Assembly (NCBI GenBank): GCA_965218795.1
Contig: OZ244653.1
Span: 4,224,001-4,288,000, forward strand
Direction: 5' to 3'
DNA from: a bacterium
GTDB lineage: Bacteria; UBA8248; JACPRG01; G963555815
DNA: 64,000 bases
The position numbers were made by a program, and so were the translations under genes. Positions 39,229 through 48,772 of this stretch are shown here, in pieces. The stretch's first letter is position 1. Every line of letters begins with the position of its first letter. The notes under the pieces were generated by a model that was not told the DNA's origin, did no database searches, and saw only the letters and a list, made by a program, of their open reading frames with translations.

Positions 39229-40098
39229 TTATCGAACCACCGCCCGGCTCCCCATGGACAAGTCCACTTCCCCCGGCCACGATTTTCCATTCCAATGCCG
39301 GAACAGGGCCGAAAACCGTCTCAACCCTTCATCTAATTTCCGCGGGTCGAGGCGAAGCCAGACCGACTGCCCCTGCGGGCCCAGAACGTCCATCGAGATC
39401 CTCTGTCGCGCCGGAAAATCCTTCAGACGGACCGCCGCCAACCGGATCTTGCCTTTTCGGTTTGCCGGCCATAGCGTCCGGAAGGTGCTGACGGCGGCCA
39501 GCCCCGCCTGGAGTTGCTCTCCGGACAGGGCCTGACCGATTTTCAGTTTTCGCGACGCCCGTTTCGGCGCGATCTCGCGCAAGACGGGAAATCTTTGCGG
39601 ACCCGCGCCCACTTCGCCCAGAATCACCCCCTCGCCGTCCACGATGTAGCGGATCTTCCCGCCCAGGGGAATGACGGCGGCCGAGGGCCTTCTTTCCACC
39701 ACCTCGACGATCAACGTGTCGGGCAGGTCGCGGGAAAGCGAGGCGGACCGCACCCAGGGGTGGCTCTCGATTTTCTCTCGCAAGACGTCCAGATCGATCG
39801 CCAACAGGTTGTCGGAAGACTTGAGGCCCAAACGAGCCTTCACGACAGACCGCGTCAAGTGGCTGACCCCCGTAACGGTCACGCTTCTCACTCTGAAGTA
39901 AGGCGAAGTGAGCGACCAACGGTAGAAGGCGTCGGTCCCGAAGTAGAGGAGCAGGAGGATGGCCGCATACATGCCCAAGCGAGTCCAACGCCTCCTCCGT
40001 CCGGCAGAGGCATCCTTCCCCAATTCGGCCGTTCGGCCTTTTGTCGCCCGGCGGCTTCGCGGCGGAGCAACCGGAGTCGCCATCACCTGTGTCCCCAT
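39229..40098 (-). CDS. ftsQ: cell division protein FtsQ/DivIB
   Basis: TM helix plus POTRA (HPWV...PDTL..V.ER); synteny. Confidence 0.9.
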   Translation of the reverse strand: MGTQVMATPVAPPRSRRATKGRTAELGKDASAGRRRRWTRLGMYAAILLLLYFGTDAFYRWSLTSPYFRVRSVTVTGVSHLTRSVVKARLGLKSSDNLLAIDLDVLREKIESHPWVRSASLSRDLPDTLIVEVVERRPSAAVIPLGGKIRYIVDGEGVILGEVGAGPQRFPVLREIAPKRASRKLKIGQALSGEQLQAGLAAVSTFRTLWPANRKGKIRLAAVRLKDFPARQRISMDVLGPQGQSVWLRLDPRKLDEGLRRFSALFRHWNGKSWPGEVDLSMGSRAVVR

Positions 40099-40113
40099 TC
40101 CCTTGGGTCTCCT

Positions 40114-41034
40114 TTAGACATCCTCATCCGGCTCTCCCACGCGGTGAATCTCCATTTCCAGATCGGGTCCGACACGGCGCCGGATTTCCTCCATCAGCCG
40201 TTCAATGTCTCGCGCCCTGGCCCGGCCCTGATTGACGATAAAGTTTCCATGAACCTCCGAGATCTCCGCATCGCCCGCTTGAAGCCCCTTCAGTCCAGCC
40301 TCTTCAATCATCCGGCCGACCGACCCTCCGGGCGGATTCCTGAAGACGGAGCCCGCACTGGGCTGACTCAGGGGCTGCGTATCTTTCCTCTGCCGAACAC
40401 GGCGGCGAATATCCTCGATCGTTTCCTTCTTCGACCGGTTTCGGCAGCGCAAAGTGGCCCCGACAATGGCCCCCAAGACGGGATATACGGTCTTCCGGTA
40501 GCCGAAGCCGATCTCTTCTCCCGGCACCAGCCACAGCTTGCCCGCCCCATCCACCACTTCCACGGAATCGACCACGTCGCCGATGAATTCCTCCACCGTC
40601 CCGCTGTTCATTACCAGCGCCCCTCCAACCGTGCCCGGGACACCGGCAAGAAATTCGAGTCCGCCAAGGTCGACATCCGCCGTCCGTCGCAGCAGGTCCC
40701 CCACTTGGGTACCGGCGCCCGTATAGACCTCGGCGCCCTCCTTTGTCCGGGATACGACCCGGATTTCGTCAAAACCCTTTCCGAGCGTGACGACGACTCC
40801 CCGAATGCCCCGGTCCGACACGAGGAGATTGGTTCCGCCGCCGACGATGCGGATGGGGATCTGCTCTGCGTGACCCCTGGCCAAGACCTCCTGAAGGGCC
40901 TCTAGGGTCTCGGGGATCACGAGAGCGTCCGCCTTTCCCCCGACACGATAGGACGTCCGTTCGCTCATCGGTACGTCCGTCTGGAGCTGGGCGTTCAGTC
41001 GTGTCAGCCAATCCATCCAAGCTTCCTGGTCCAT
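40114..41034 (-). CDS. murB: UDP-N-acetylmuramate dehydrogenase
   Basis: GGGTNLL, PGTVGG, SAGSVFRNP, HGNF. Confidence 0.96.
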   Translation of the reverse strand: MDQEAWMDWLTRLNAQLQTDVPMSERTSYRVGGKADALVIPETLEALQEVLARGHAEQIPIRIVGGGTNLLVSDRGIRGVVVTLGKGFDEIRVVSRTKEGAEVYTGAGTQVGDLLRRTADVDLGGLEFLAGVPGTVGGALVMNSGTVEEFIGDVVDSVEVVDGAGKLWLVPGEEIGFGYRKTVYPVLGAIVGATLRCRNRSKKETIEDIRRRVRQRKDTQPLSQPSAGSVFRNPPGGSVGRMIEEAGLKGLQAGDAEISEVHGNFIVNQGRARARDIERLMEEIRRRVGPDLEMEIHRVGEPDEDV

Positions 41035-41041
41035 CGCGTTC

Positions 41042-42514
41042 TCACGCCGCTTCGCCGCCCACCGCGGGGGCCGCATCCCGGCCTGTGGTGTCTCTTCTCG
41101 GAGTCGGGGAGCCTTCACGAAGACGCCGCACGAACTCCGGAGCCGCCTTCCAGATGTCTCCCGCTCCCAGGGTGATCACCAGATCACCCGGTTGGACGGC
41201 CTGCAACAGAAAGTCCTGGGCCTCCTCCAGTCCGTTGACCATCTCGACGCTCACGGCCCCGCGACCCCGTACGCCCTGAAATATCCGGCGCGTATCCACG
41301 CCGGGGATAGGCTCTTCCCCCGCCGCGTAAATGGGAAGAAGGGCCAGGCCGTCGGCCTCATCGAAAGCCCCGAAGAATTCCTCCAGTACGTCCCGCGTGC
41401 GCGTGTAACGATGGGGCTGGAACAGAACAATAACGCGGCGAGCCGGCCAGGCCCCGCGCGCCGCCGACAGCACGGCCCGGATCTCCCGGGGATGATGGCC
41501 GTAGTCGTCCACGACCGTGATACCGTTCACCTCGCCGATATGCTCGAATCGCCTCTGAATGCCGCTGAACTCCCCCAACGCATGCTGGATCTGCTCGAAG
41601 TGAATCCCGAACTCCATCCCCATGGCGACCGCGGCCATGGCGTTGGACACGTTGTGGCGTCCCCTCAGGCGAATGCGCAAGTTTCCCAGCTGCGCCTCTT
41701 TTTGATATGCGGTGAAGGTCATCCCGTCGGGAGCGGATTCCACGTCACGGGCCGTGTAGTCGGCGGTTCCCTCGATACTGTATGTCACGACCTTGCGATC
41801 CATCAGCGGGATGAGCTCTCGGACGTGAGGGTCATCCGCACAGAGGATGGAAAAGCCGTAGAACGGAACCTTGTTTGAAAATTCCCGAAAGGCGTCCAGG
41901 ATCGCGTCGAAACTTCCGTAATGATCCAAGTGCTCGGCATCGATGTTGGTCACGACCGCGACGGTGGGCGTCAGGCGTAGGAACGAACCGTCGCTTTCGT
42001 CCGCCTCGGCGATCAGGTAATCGCCGCTGCCCAGGCGCGCGTTCCCTCCAAGGCTGTTCACCCGCCCGCCCACGATGGTCGTGGGATCCAGCCCGCCTTC
42101 CGCCATAACGGCTGCCACCAGCGAGGTCGTGGTGGTCTTTCCGTGGGCCCCGGCCACGGCGACCCCATACCGCATCCTCATCAGTTCGGCCAGAATTTCC
42201 GCACGCGGAATGACGGGGATCTTCCGGACGCGGGCCGCCTGGACTTCCGGATTCGACGACGCGACCGCCGAGGAGTAGACCAATACGTCCACTTGCTCGA
42301 TATTCCCGGGGGCGTGGCCCCGGCCCACCTTTGCGCCCAATGTCTCGAGCCGGCGGGTGGTCTCCGATTCGGAGAGATCCGAGCCGCTGACCTCATATCC
42401 CAGGTTCATCAGCAGTTCAGCCAGGCCGGACATCCCCACGCCTCCGATACCCACGAAGTGGATCCGGCGGCACCGGCTCAGAAAGGGATAGTTTTCAATC
42501 GGATTGGCGATCAT
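41042..42514 (-). CDS. murC: UDP-N-acetylmuramate--L-alanine ligase
   Basis: GIGGVGMS, GAHGKTTT, EADESD, DDYGHHP. Confidence 0.97.
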   Translation of the reverse strand: MIANPIENYPFLSRCRRIHFVGIGGVGMSGLAELLMNLGYEVSGSDLSESETTRRLETLGAKVGRGHAPGNIEQVDVLVYSSAVASSNPEVQAARVRKIPVIPRAEILAELMRMRYGVAVAGAHGKTTTTSLVAAVMAEGGLDPTTIVGGRVNSLGGNARLGSGDYLIAEADESDGSFLRLTPTVAVVTNIDAEHLDHYGSFDAILDAFREFSNKVPFYGFSILCADDPHVRELIPLMDRKVVTYSIEGTADYTARDVESAPDGMTFTAYQKEAQLGNLRIRLRGRHNVSNAMAAVAMGMEFGIHFEQIQHALGEFSGIQRRFEHIGEVNGITVVDDYGHHPREIRAVLSAARGAWPARRVIVLFQPHRYTRTRDVLEEFFGAFDEADGLALLPIYAAGEEPIPGVDTRRIFQGVRGRGAVSVEMVNGLEEAQDFLLQAVQPGDLVITLGAGDIWKAAPEFVRRLREGSPTPRRDTTGRDAAPAVGGEAA

Positions 42515-43625
42515 GCAGTTCTTCTCCGCGAGCGGCCTCCAGGCAAAGATGCGCAATGCGGGCGGCCGCGCCCGTCCGGTCCTTGAGAAGTCCGGCCCTG
42601 GACATGGATTGACGCGCCCCGGCGTCCCGCACCAAGTCTTCCACCTCGTCCACAAGACGTACCGGGAGGTCTTGTTCCCGTATCGTTCGGGCCGCGACGC
42701 CCGCGGAGGCCGCGTTGGCCTCCTGGTGTTGATCCGTCCCTGACGGCAAGGGGACCAGGATTGCAGGGAGCCCGACCGCCATCAGCTCGGTTACCGTCAG
42801 TGCGCCCGCCCGGGTCAGGGCGAGCGAAGCGCGGCGGTACGCCGAGGCCATGTCTTCGATGAAAGGAAAGACCTCGGCATCGAGCCCGGCCTCCTGATAG
42901 GCCCGCCGGACCCGTTCCAGCTCCGTCGGTCCTGTCGCGTGAAGGAACCGAAGGTTCAAGCCGCGGTCCTTCCACGCCGGCAACGCACCGCAAACGGCCT
43001 TGTTCAGCGACCGGGACCCCTGGCTTCCCCCAAAGACCAACAGCGTGGGCGGCCCCGGGGCCTCCATGCGTGTGTCCTCGTCCGAATCCAGCCCGGATTG
43101 CCTCTCCGCGGCCAGGGCCTCGATCTCCGGTCGAAGCGGGTTGCCCGTCTCCGCGCAAGGGTTGCGAGGGAAGGAGGCGCGCGCTTCGGGAAATCCCAAT
43201 GCAACCGATTGCGCAAAACGCGCGAGAAACCGATTTGCCGCACCGGGCCGGGCGTTCTGCTCCATCAGGACGACGGGCCGGCCCGCGCACCGGGCCGCCA
43301 AGACGGCCGGGGCGCTGGCATAGCCGCCGCCCCCCAAAACAACGTGAGGCCGGAATCGAACGACGACCCAGAGAGAGACCAGGAATCCCATGCCCAACAG
43401 GCAGAGGGACCGAATGCGCTCCAGGACGGATTTCCCCTTGACGCCGCCCGCGGGAACGAGTCGGTAGGGCAGGCCCGCGTCCGCGAGGATTCGGTGGTCC
43501 AGAGGCCGTCTCGCACCCACCAGCAAGATCTCCTCTCCTTCGGCCAATTCCAGCCATTCCCGGGCGACGGATATTCCGGGGAGCAGATGCCCGCCCGTTC
43601 CGCCCGCCGAGATCAACATCTTCAA
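42495..43625 (-). CDS. murG: lipid II GlcNAc transferase
   Basis: GGTGGH, GGY, EQN, GGSQG, HQEAN. Confidence 0.96.
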   Translation of the reverse strand: MKMLISAGGTGGHLLPGISVAREWLELAEGEEILLVGARRPLDHRILADAGLPYRLVPAGGVKGKSVLERIRSLCLLGMGFLVSLWVVVRFRPHVVLGGGGYASAPAVLAARCAGRPVVLMEQNARPGAANRFLARFAQSVALGFPEARASFPRNPCAETGNPLRPEIEALAAERQSGLDSDEDTRMEAPGPPTLLVFGGSQGSRSLNKAVCGALPAWKDRGLNLRFLHATGPTELERVRRAYQEAGLDAEVFPFIEDMASAYRRASLALTRAGALTVTELMAVGLPAILVPLPSGTDQHQEANAASAGVAARTIREQDLPVRLVDEVEDLVRDAGARQSMSRAGLLKDRTGAAARIAHLCLEAARGEELHDRQSD

Positions 43626-43640
43626 CGTTCGGCTCCCTCG

Positions 43641-44759
43641 TCATGAATGACGGCCTCTCTTCCGGCTGCCGCCGCCGACGCTCAGGATGACGCCCACCGC
43701 GGCCATGGAAGCCACCAGCGCGGACCCTCCCGCGCTGAAAAAGGGCAGGGGAAGCCCCTTGGTCGGCAGCAATCCGGAAACCACACCCAGGTTGCCGAGG
43801 ATTTGCAGCCCCAGCAGCACGGTGAAGCCGGCTGCCAGGTAAGCCCCGAACGGATCCTTGCAGAGCGTAGCCGCCCGGGAGGCCCTCCAGAGCATGACCC
43901 CAAACAGCGCCAGGACCGCGCCGGCCCCCAGCAGCCCGAGTTCCTCGCCGAGAACGGCGAAGACAAAATCGGTGTGAGGCGCGGGGAGGAAGTGAAGCTT
44001 GGCCTTCCCCTGCATCAAACCCTCGCCCACCCAGCCTCCCTGCGCGAGCGAGAGATAGGATTGCACCATCTGGAATCCCGATCCCTCCGCATCGGCCCAT
44101 GGATCGAGGAAGGTCAGCAACCGCTGCCGCCGATATCCGGCCGAAACGACGAATGCGGTCACCAGCGGCAGGGCGGCCGCCACCGCCGTGCCCAGATGGA
44201 GCGGCCGGGCGCCGGCCACCAACAGCAACGTAAACGTCACGCCGAGAATCAGGAGGGCCGAGCCCGCGTCCGGCTGAAGCATGACCAGAACGGAGAGGGG
44301 GGCTGCCATTCCGAGCGCGGGAAAAAGTCCGAAGCGCAACTCGCGAATCCGCTTTCCCTTCGCCGCAAGGAAATGAGCCAAGAGGATCACCAGGGAGAAT
44401 TTGACGGCCTCCACGGGTTGAATGGAGAACGCTCCGACACGGAACCATCGCCGGGCCCCCCCCGCCTGCAGTCCCAACCGGGGGATGAGCACCAAGGCCA
44501 GCGCCAGGAAGCACAGGATCAGAAGCGGATATGCAGCTTTTTGCCAGAAGGAATAATTCATCCGGGTGATCACGATCAGGACACCCAAACCCACGGCCGC
44601 AAACAGGATCTGCCGCTTGAGGAAGTAAGAGGCGTCCCCGTACCGGTCCAGGGCGAGTACGGCGCTGGCGCTGTACACCATCACAATGCCGGTGCTGACG
44701 AGCGCCAGTACGGACCCCAGGAGCCAATAATCGAATGATTGCTTCGCGCTGGTGCTCAT
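43641..44759 (-). CDS. ftsW: SEDS peptidoglycan polymerase FtsW
   Basis: GARRW, QPVE, HTDF..EE, PTKG; synteny. Confidence 0.96.
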   Translation of the reverse strand: MSTSAKQSFDYWLLGSVLALVSTGIVMVYSASAVLALDRYGDASYFLKRQILFAAVGLGVLIVITRMNYSFWQKAAYPLLILCFLALALVLIPRLGLQAGGARRWFRVGAFSIQPVEAVKFSLVILLAHFLAAKGKRIRELRFGLFPALGMAAPLSVLVMLQPDAGSALLILGVTFTLLLVAGARPLHLGTAVAAALPLVTAFVVSAGYRRQRLLTFLDPWADAEGSGFQMVQSYLSLAQGGWVGEGLMQGKAKLHFLPAPHTDFVFAVLGEELGLLGAGAVLALFGVMLWRASRAATLCKDPFGAYLAAGFTVLLGLQILGNLGVVSGLLPTKGLPLPFFSAGGSALVASMAAVGVILSVGGGSRKRGRHS

Positions 44760-46135
44760 GGGGAAAGCTTCTCCACCTCCTCCGCAAAACGGCGGCCGCG
44801 GTCTTCGTAGTCGTCAAACATGTCGAAGCTGGCGCACGCCGGAGAGAGAAGAACCACGTCGCAGGATTGGGACGACCGATCGGCGGCCTGGACGGCCTCG
44901 GCCATCGATCCCGCTTCCATGCATTCGGTCAGGCCCGCAAAAGCGGAGCGGAACCGCGTTCTGGCCTCTCCGATCAGGATGAGGGTCTTGACCCGATCCC
45001 GGACCAGAGGTCGAAGGGGCGTCAGGTCGCTGTATTTGTCGCGCCCTCCCGCAATGAGGACGATGGGAACTTCAAAGCTCTCAATCGAGCGGACGGCCGC
45101 GCCGACATTCGTTCCTTTCGAGTCGTTGTACCATCGGACTCCGGCGCGCTCCCGTACGAGCGTAAGACGGTGTTCGATAGGGAGGACGCCCCGGAGGGCC
45201 GGGCCCATGGCCTTTGCCGGAGCGCCGCATACGGCCGTGGCGGCGATGGCCGCCAGAGCGTTCTCGACGTTGTGCACTCCGTGGAGCGGAAAGTCTACGC
45301 TTGGAAGCACGGGCACGGAGGAGCCCTCGGTTCGCAAAACCAGGTCCCCGCCGTCCAGGCACGCGCCGTCAGAGGTCAGGGTCCGGCGGCTGAAGGTCCG
45401 AACGGCGGCTCGGGCCCCCCCCGCAAAGGAGCGCACCATTTCGTCATCTTCGTTCAGGACCACAAAATCTTCGCCTTCCTGAAAGGCGAAGACCCGCTTT
45501 TTCCAGCCGATGTATTCCGCCAAATCCTGGTGACGGTCGAGGTGGTCGGGGGTGATATTGGTGATCACCGCCACAAATGGGCGGAAGGTTTCGATCCATT
45601 CAAGCTGAAAACTGCTGACCTCGACGACCATGAAGTCTGGGGGGTCCTTCTCCGGGAGCGCTGCGATAAAGGGCTCTCCGATGTTTCCCACCGCCGGCGC
45701 CCGAAGCCCCGCCGCCTCCAGAACGGTATGGATGAGATGGGCCGTGGTGGTCTTCCCGTTGGTCCCCGTCACGGCGATGACGGGGGACTTGCAAAAACGG
45801 AAGGCCAGCTCGATCTCGCTCCAAACCGGTACGCCCGCCGCCGCCGCCCTCGCAAGGAGCGGGTGCTCCCGCGAGACGCCCGGACTCACTACGACGCCGT
45901 CGGCTTCATCAAACAGCCGTTCCGGGTGGCCGCCCAGAGCCTTGGAAACGTCCGCCGGAAGCCTGGACAAGACGGGCGCCAGATCTTCTTCCGACCGCTG
46001 GTCGGTCACCGTCACGCGGGCTCCCCGGTTGGCGAGGAATCGGGCCGCCGCCTCGCCGGTCCGCGCCAGTCCCATGACGGTATACCGTCGTCCTTTCACT
46101 TCGGGCTCCAGAACCGGGGCCACCATGAGATTCAT
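44756..46135 (-). CDS. murD: UDP-MurNAc-L-Ala--D-glutamate ligase
   Basis: GTNGKTT, EVSSFQL, NDSKGTN, SPACASFD. Confidence 0.97.
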   Translation of the reverse strand: MNLMVAPVLEPEVKGRRYTVMGLARTGEAAARFLANRGARVTVTDQRSEEDLAPVLSRLPADVSKALGGHPERLFDEADGVVVSPGVSREHPLLARAAAAGVPVWSEIELAFRFCKSPVIAVTGTNGKTTTAHLIHTVLEAAGLRAPAVGNIGEPFIAALPEKDPPDFMVVEVSSFQLEWIETFRPFVAVITNITPDHLDRHQDLAEYIGWKKRVFAFQEGEDFVVLNEDDEMVRSFAGGARAAVRTFSRRTLTSDGACLDGGDLVLRTEGSSVPVLPSVDFPLHGVHNVENALAAIAATAVCGAPAKAMGPALRGVLPIEHRLTLVRERAGVRWYNDSKGTNVGAAVRSIESFEVPIVLIAGGRDKYSDLTPLRPLVRDRVKTLILIGEARTRFRSAFAGLTECMEAGSMAEAVQAADRSSQSCDVVLLSPACASFDMFDDYEDRGRRFAEEVEKLSP

Positions 46136-46148
46136 CCCTTGATTCCCG

Positions 46149-47234
46149 CTACCGCAGCTTCAGGGTGCTCAGGCTGAAAAGGGCCAGGATCACGGCGATA
46201 ATGAAAAATCGCACGACTACCTTCGGCTCCTCCCACCCCTTCAACTCGAAGTGATGGTGAAGGGGCGCCATTCGAAAGATCCGTTTTCCCGTCAGCTTGA
46301 ATGAGACAACCTGAAGGATGACGGACACCGCCTCCAGAACGAAGATCCCGCCGGCGATCATGAGCGCGACTTCCTGCCGTGCGATCACGGCGATGGTCCC
46401 CAACGCCCCACCGAGGGCCAGCGCGCCCACATCGCCCATGAAGACCTGAGCGGGATAGGCGTTGAACCATAGAAATCCAAGACTGGCCCCGAGCATCGCC
46501 CCGCAAAAGACCGTCAGTTCTCCCGCACCCTTGACGTGGATGACCTGGAGGTACCGGGAGAAGACCGCATTGCCGGCCACATAGGTGAAAAAGACGAAGG
46601 CCATCGTGGCGACCAGAAAGGGCCCCAGCGCGAGGCCGTCCAACCCGTCCGTCAGGTTCACGGCGTTGGACGTGCCGGTTACGACCACAAGAATCAGGAA
46701 GACATATCCAATACCCAAATAGGGAAACACGTTCTTGAAGAAAGGTACGGCGAGTCGCCCCCGGATTTCGGGGTTCACCGGGTCGTTCAGCAGGAAAATG
46801 GCGATGGCGAGGCCGAGGACGACCTGTCCGATGAACTTGTAGGAAGCCGGAAGGCCTTTGCCCCGATTGCCGCGGACCTTGAGGAAGTCATCCAGAAATC
46901 CGATGGTCCCGAATCCCAGGGTCGCGAACAGGGCCACCCAGATATAGGGATGGGTCAGGTCGGCCCAGAGCAGAGTCGGAAAGACCAGGGCTAGGATGAT
47001 CAGGAGGCCGCCCATGGTCGGCGTTCCGGTCTTCATCTGGTGACGCTCGGGAACGTCCTCCCGAACGGATTGATCGGGCTGGAGCGTCTTGAGGAAGCGG
47101 ATCAAGGGGGGTCCGAGAATGAAACTGATGAGAAGCCCCGTCAGAACGGCGAAGGCGGACCGCAGGGTGATGTATCGGAACAAGTTGAAGAAGGCGTGCA
47201 CGTCCTTGAGGGGCGCCAGAAACAGGTACAGCAT
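46149..47234 (-). CDS. mraY: phospho-MurNAc-pentapeptide transferase
   Basis: GTPTMGG, NLTDGLDG, FMGD, APLHHHFE. Confidence 0.98.
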   Translation of the reverse strand: MLYLFLAPLKDVHAFFNLFRYITLRSAFAVLTGLLISFILGPPLIRFLKTLQPDQSVREDVPERHQMKTGTPTMGGLLIILALVFPTLLWADLTHPYIWVALFATLGFGTIGFLDDFLKVRGNRGKGLPASYKFIGQVVLGLAIAIFLLNDPVNPEIRGRLAVPFFKNVFPYLGIGYVFLILVVVTGTSNAVNLTDGLDGLALGPFLVATMAFVFFTYVAGNAVFSRYLQVIHVKGAGELTVFCGAMLGASLGFLWFNAYPAQVFMGDVGALALGGALGTIAVIARQEVALMIAGGIFVLEAVSVILQVVSFKLTGKRIFRMAPLHHHFELKGWEEPKVVVRFFIIAVILALFSLSTLKLR

Positions 47235-48688
47235 CAGGCCGACCCTCCCTTGCGCCCGGTTTTGATCAGCCCCTCGAGGATCCGTTCCAAGCCCATCCCC
47301 CGTGATCCCTTCAAAAGCACCCAGTCTCCGGAATGCGTGTGCCGCCTCAGCCAGTCGGCCGCGTCTTCATGGTTCTCACACACGGTGATCCGCCGCCGGC
47401 TCATACCGCGCTTCAGCGCCTCATCCGCCATCAGCCGGGCCCTCGACCCCACGACCAGCAGGTGATGGATACGGCCCTTGCGGCCCTCGGCCAGCCGGGC
47501 GACGGCGGCGCCGATGGACCGGTGGGCGGTGGCGGACCGCCTGCCCAACTCCAGCATGTCCCCGAGGACGGCCACGGACTGGCCGCCGTTGGCCAAGCCG
47601 ACGAAGGTGTCCAGCGCGGCCATCATCGAATCCGGATTGGCGTTGTAGGCGTCGTTCACGATGTGCAATCCACCCGGCAGATCGAACATTTCCATCCGCA
47701 TCGGCGCGGGACGGTAGGTTTCCAGGCCTCGGGCCGCTTCATCGGCAGACAACCCCAGCGTCCATGCGGCGGCCGCGGCCGCCAGGGCGTTGGACACGTT
47801 GTGCTCTCCCGGGATTCGGAGCCGGACGTCCCGCCGCTCGGTTCCCAGACGCAGGGTAAAGGCCACGCCGTTCCGTCCCAGCGGACGGATCCGGGTCGCC
47901 TGCACGTCGGCGGCGGCAAGGCGGCCGAAAAGGGTGATTCTGCCGGGAAGTCTTTTGGCGTAGCGCTCGGCGAGAAGCAGGCCATGGGGATCATCGGCGT
48001 TCAGAATCAGCTTTCCCTCATCCTGAGTGGCCAGGAAGGCCGCAAGCTCGGCCTTGGCCTCCCGCACCTGCGCGACCGTCTTCAGGAATTCCAAATGGAC
48101 CGGCCCGATATTCGTGATGACGCCCGCGGCCGGTCGGGCGATCCGGGCCAGCCGGCGGATCTCCCCCTTCCGGTTCATCCCCATCTCCACGACGGAGACG
48201 CCGTGACGGGGGCCGAGCTGGAACAGGGACAGAGGCAGGCCAAACAAGTTGTTCAAGTTGCCTTCCGATTGATGGACGCGATATCTGCCGTCGAGGACGG
48301 CCGCGGTCATATCCTTTGTGGTGGTCTTGCCGCTGCTGCCGGTAATCCCGATCAATGGCAGCTCGAACCGGTTGCGGTGAAAGGCCGCAAGGTCCCCGAG
48401 GGCGCGCGTCGTGTCACCGACGGCGAAGATCCATCGACCGACGGCCCGCTCCAACATCTCGGGCCGGACCCGCTTTTGTTCCACGATGACAGCCGAGGCC
48501 CCGGCCTCCAGGGCCTGCGGAATAAAGGTGTGGGCGTCGTACCGCTCACCGACCACAGGAACGAAGATCATACCCGGTCGGAGAGTCCGGGAATCGATCG
48601 AGATCCCGTCCAGGTTTTTACGTTTTCCCGGCCGGTGGACGACGCCCGTCGTTGCCTCCAGTATCTCTTCCGGTCGAAAACGGGGCAT
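47234..48688 (-). CDS. murF: UDP-MurNAc-tripeptide--D-Ala-D-Ala ligase
   Basis: GSSGKTTTK, NDAYNANP, GDMLELG, KGSR. Confidence 0.96.
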   Translation of the reverse strand: MPRFRPEEILEATTGVVHRPGKRKNLDGISIDSRTLRPGMIFVPVVGERYDAHTFIPQALEAGASAVIVEQKRVRPEMLERAVGRWIFAVGDTTRALGDLAAFHRNRFELPLIGITGSSGKTTTKDMTAAVLDGRYRVHQSEGNLNNLFGLPLSLFQLGPRHGVSVVEMGMNRKGEIRRLARIARPAAGVITNIGPVHLEFLKTVAQVREAKAELAAFLATQDEGKLILNADDPHGLLLAERYAKRLPGRITLFGRLAAADVQATRIRPLGRNGVAFTLRLGTERRDVRLRIPGEHNVSNALAAAAAAWTLGLSADEAARGLETYRPAPMRMEMFDLPGGLHIVNDAYNANPDSMMAALDTFVGLANGGQSVAVLGDMLELGRRSATAHRSIGAAVARLAEGRKGRIHHLLVVGSRARLMADEALKRGMSRRRITVCENHEDAADWLRRHTHSGDWVLLKGSRGMGLERILEGLIKTGRKGGSA

Positions 48689-48772
48689 TCCGCTTTTTCC
48701 TCGTTCCGTTTTGTCCCGCGGCTTCATCCTCAACGAGGCGGTCCGGAGGCCCGACGAGAGGGCCCCCCGAAG

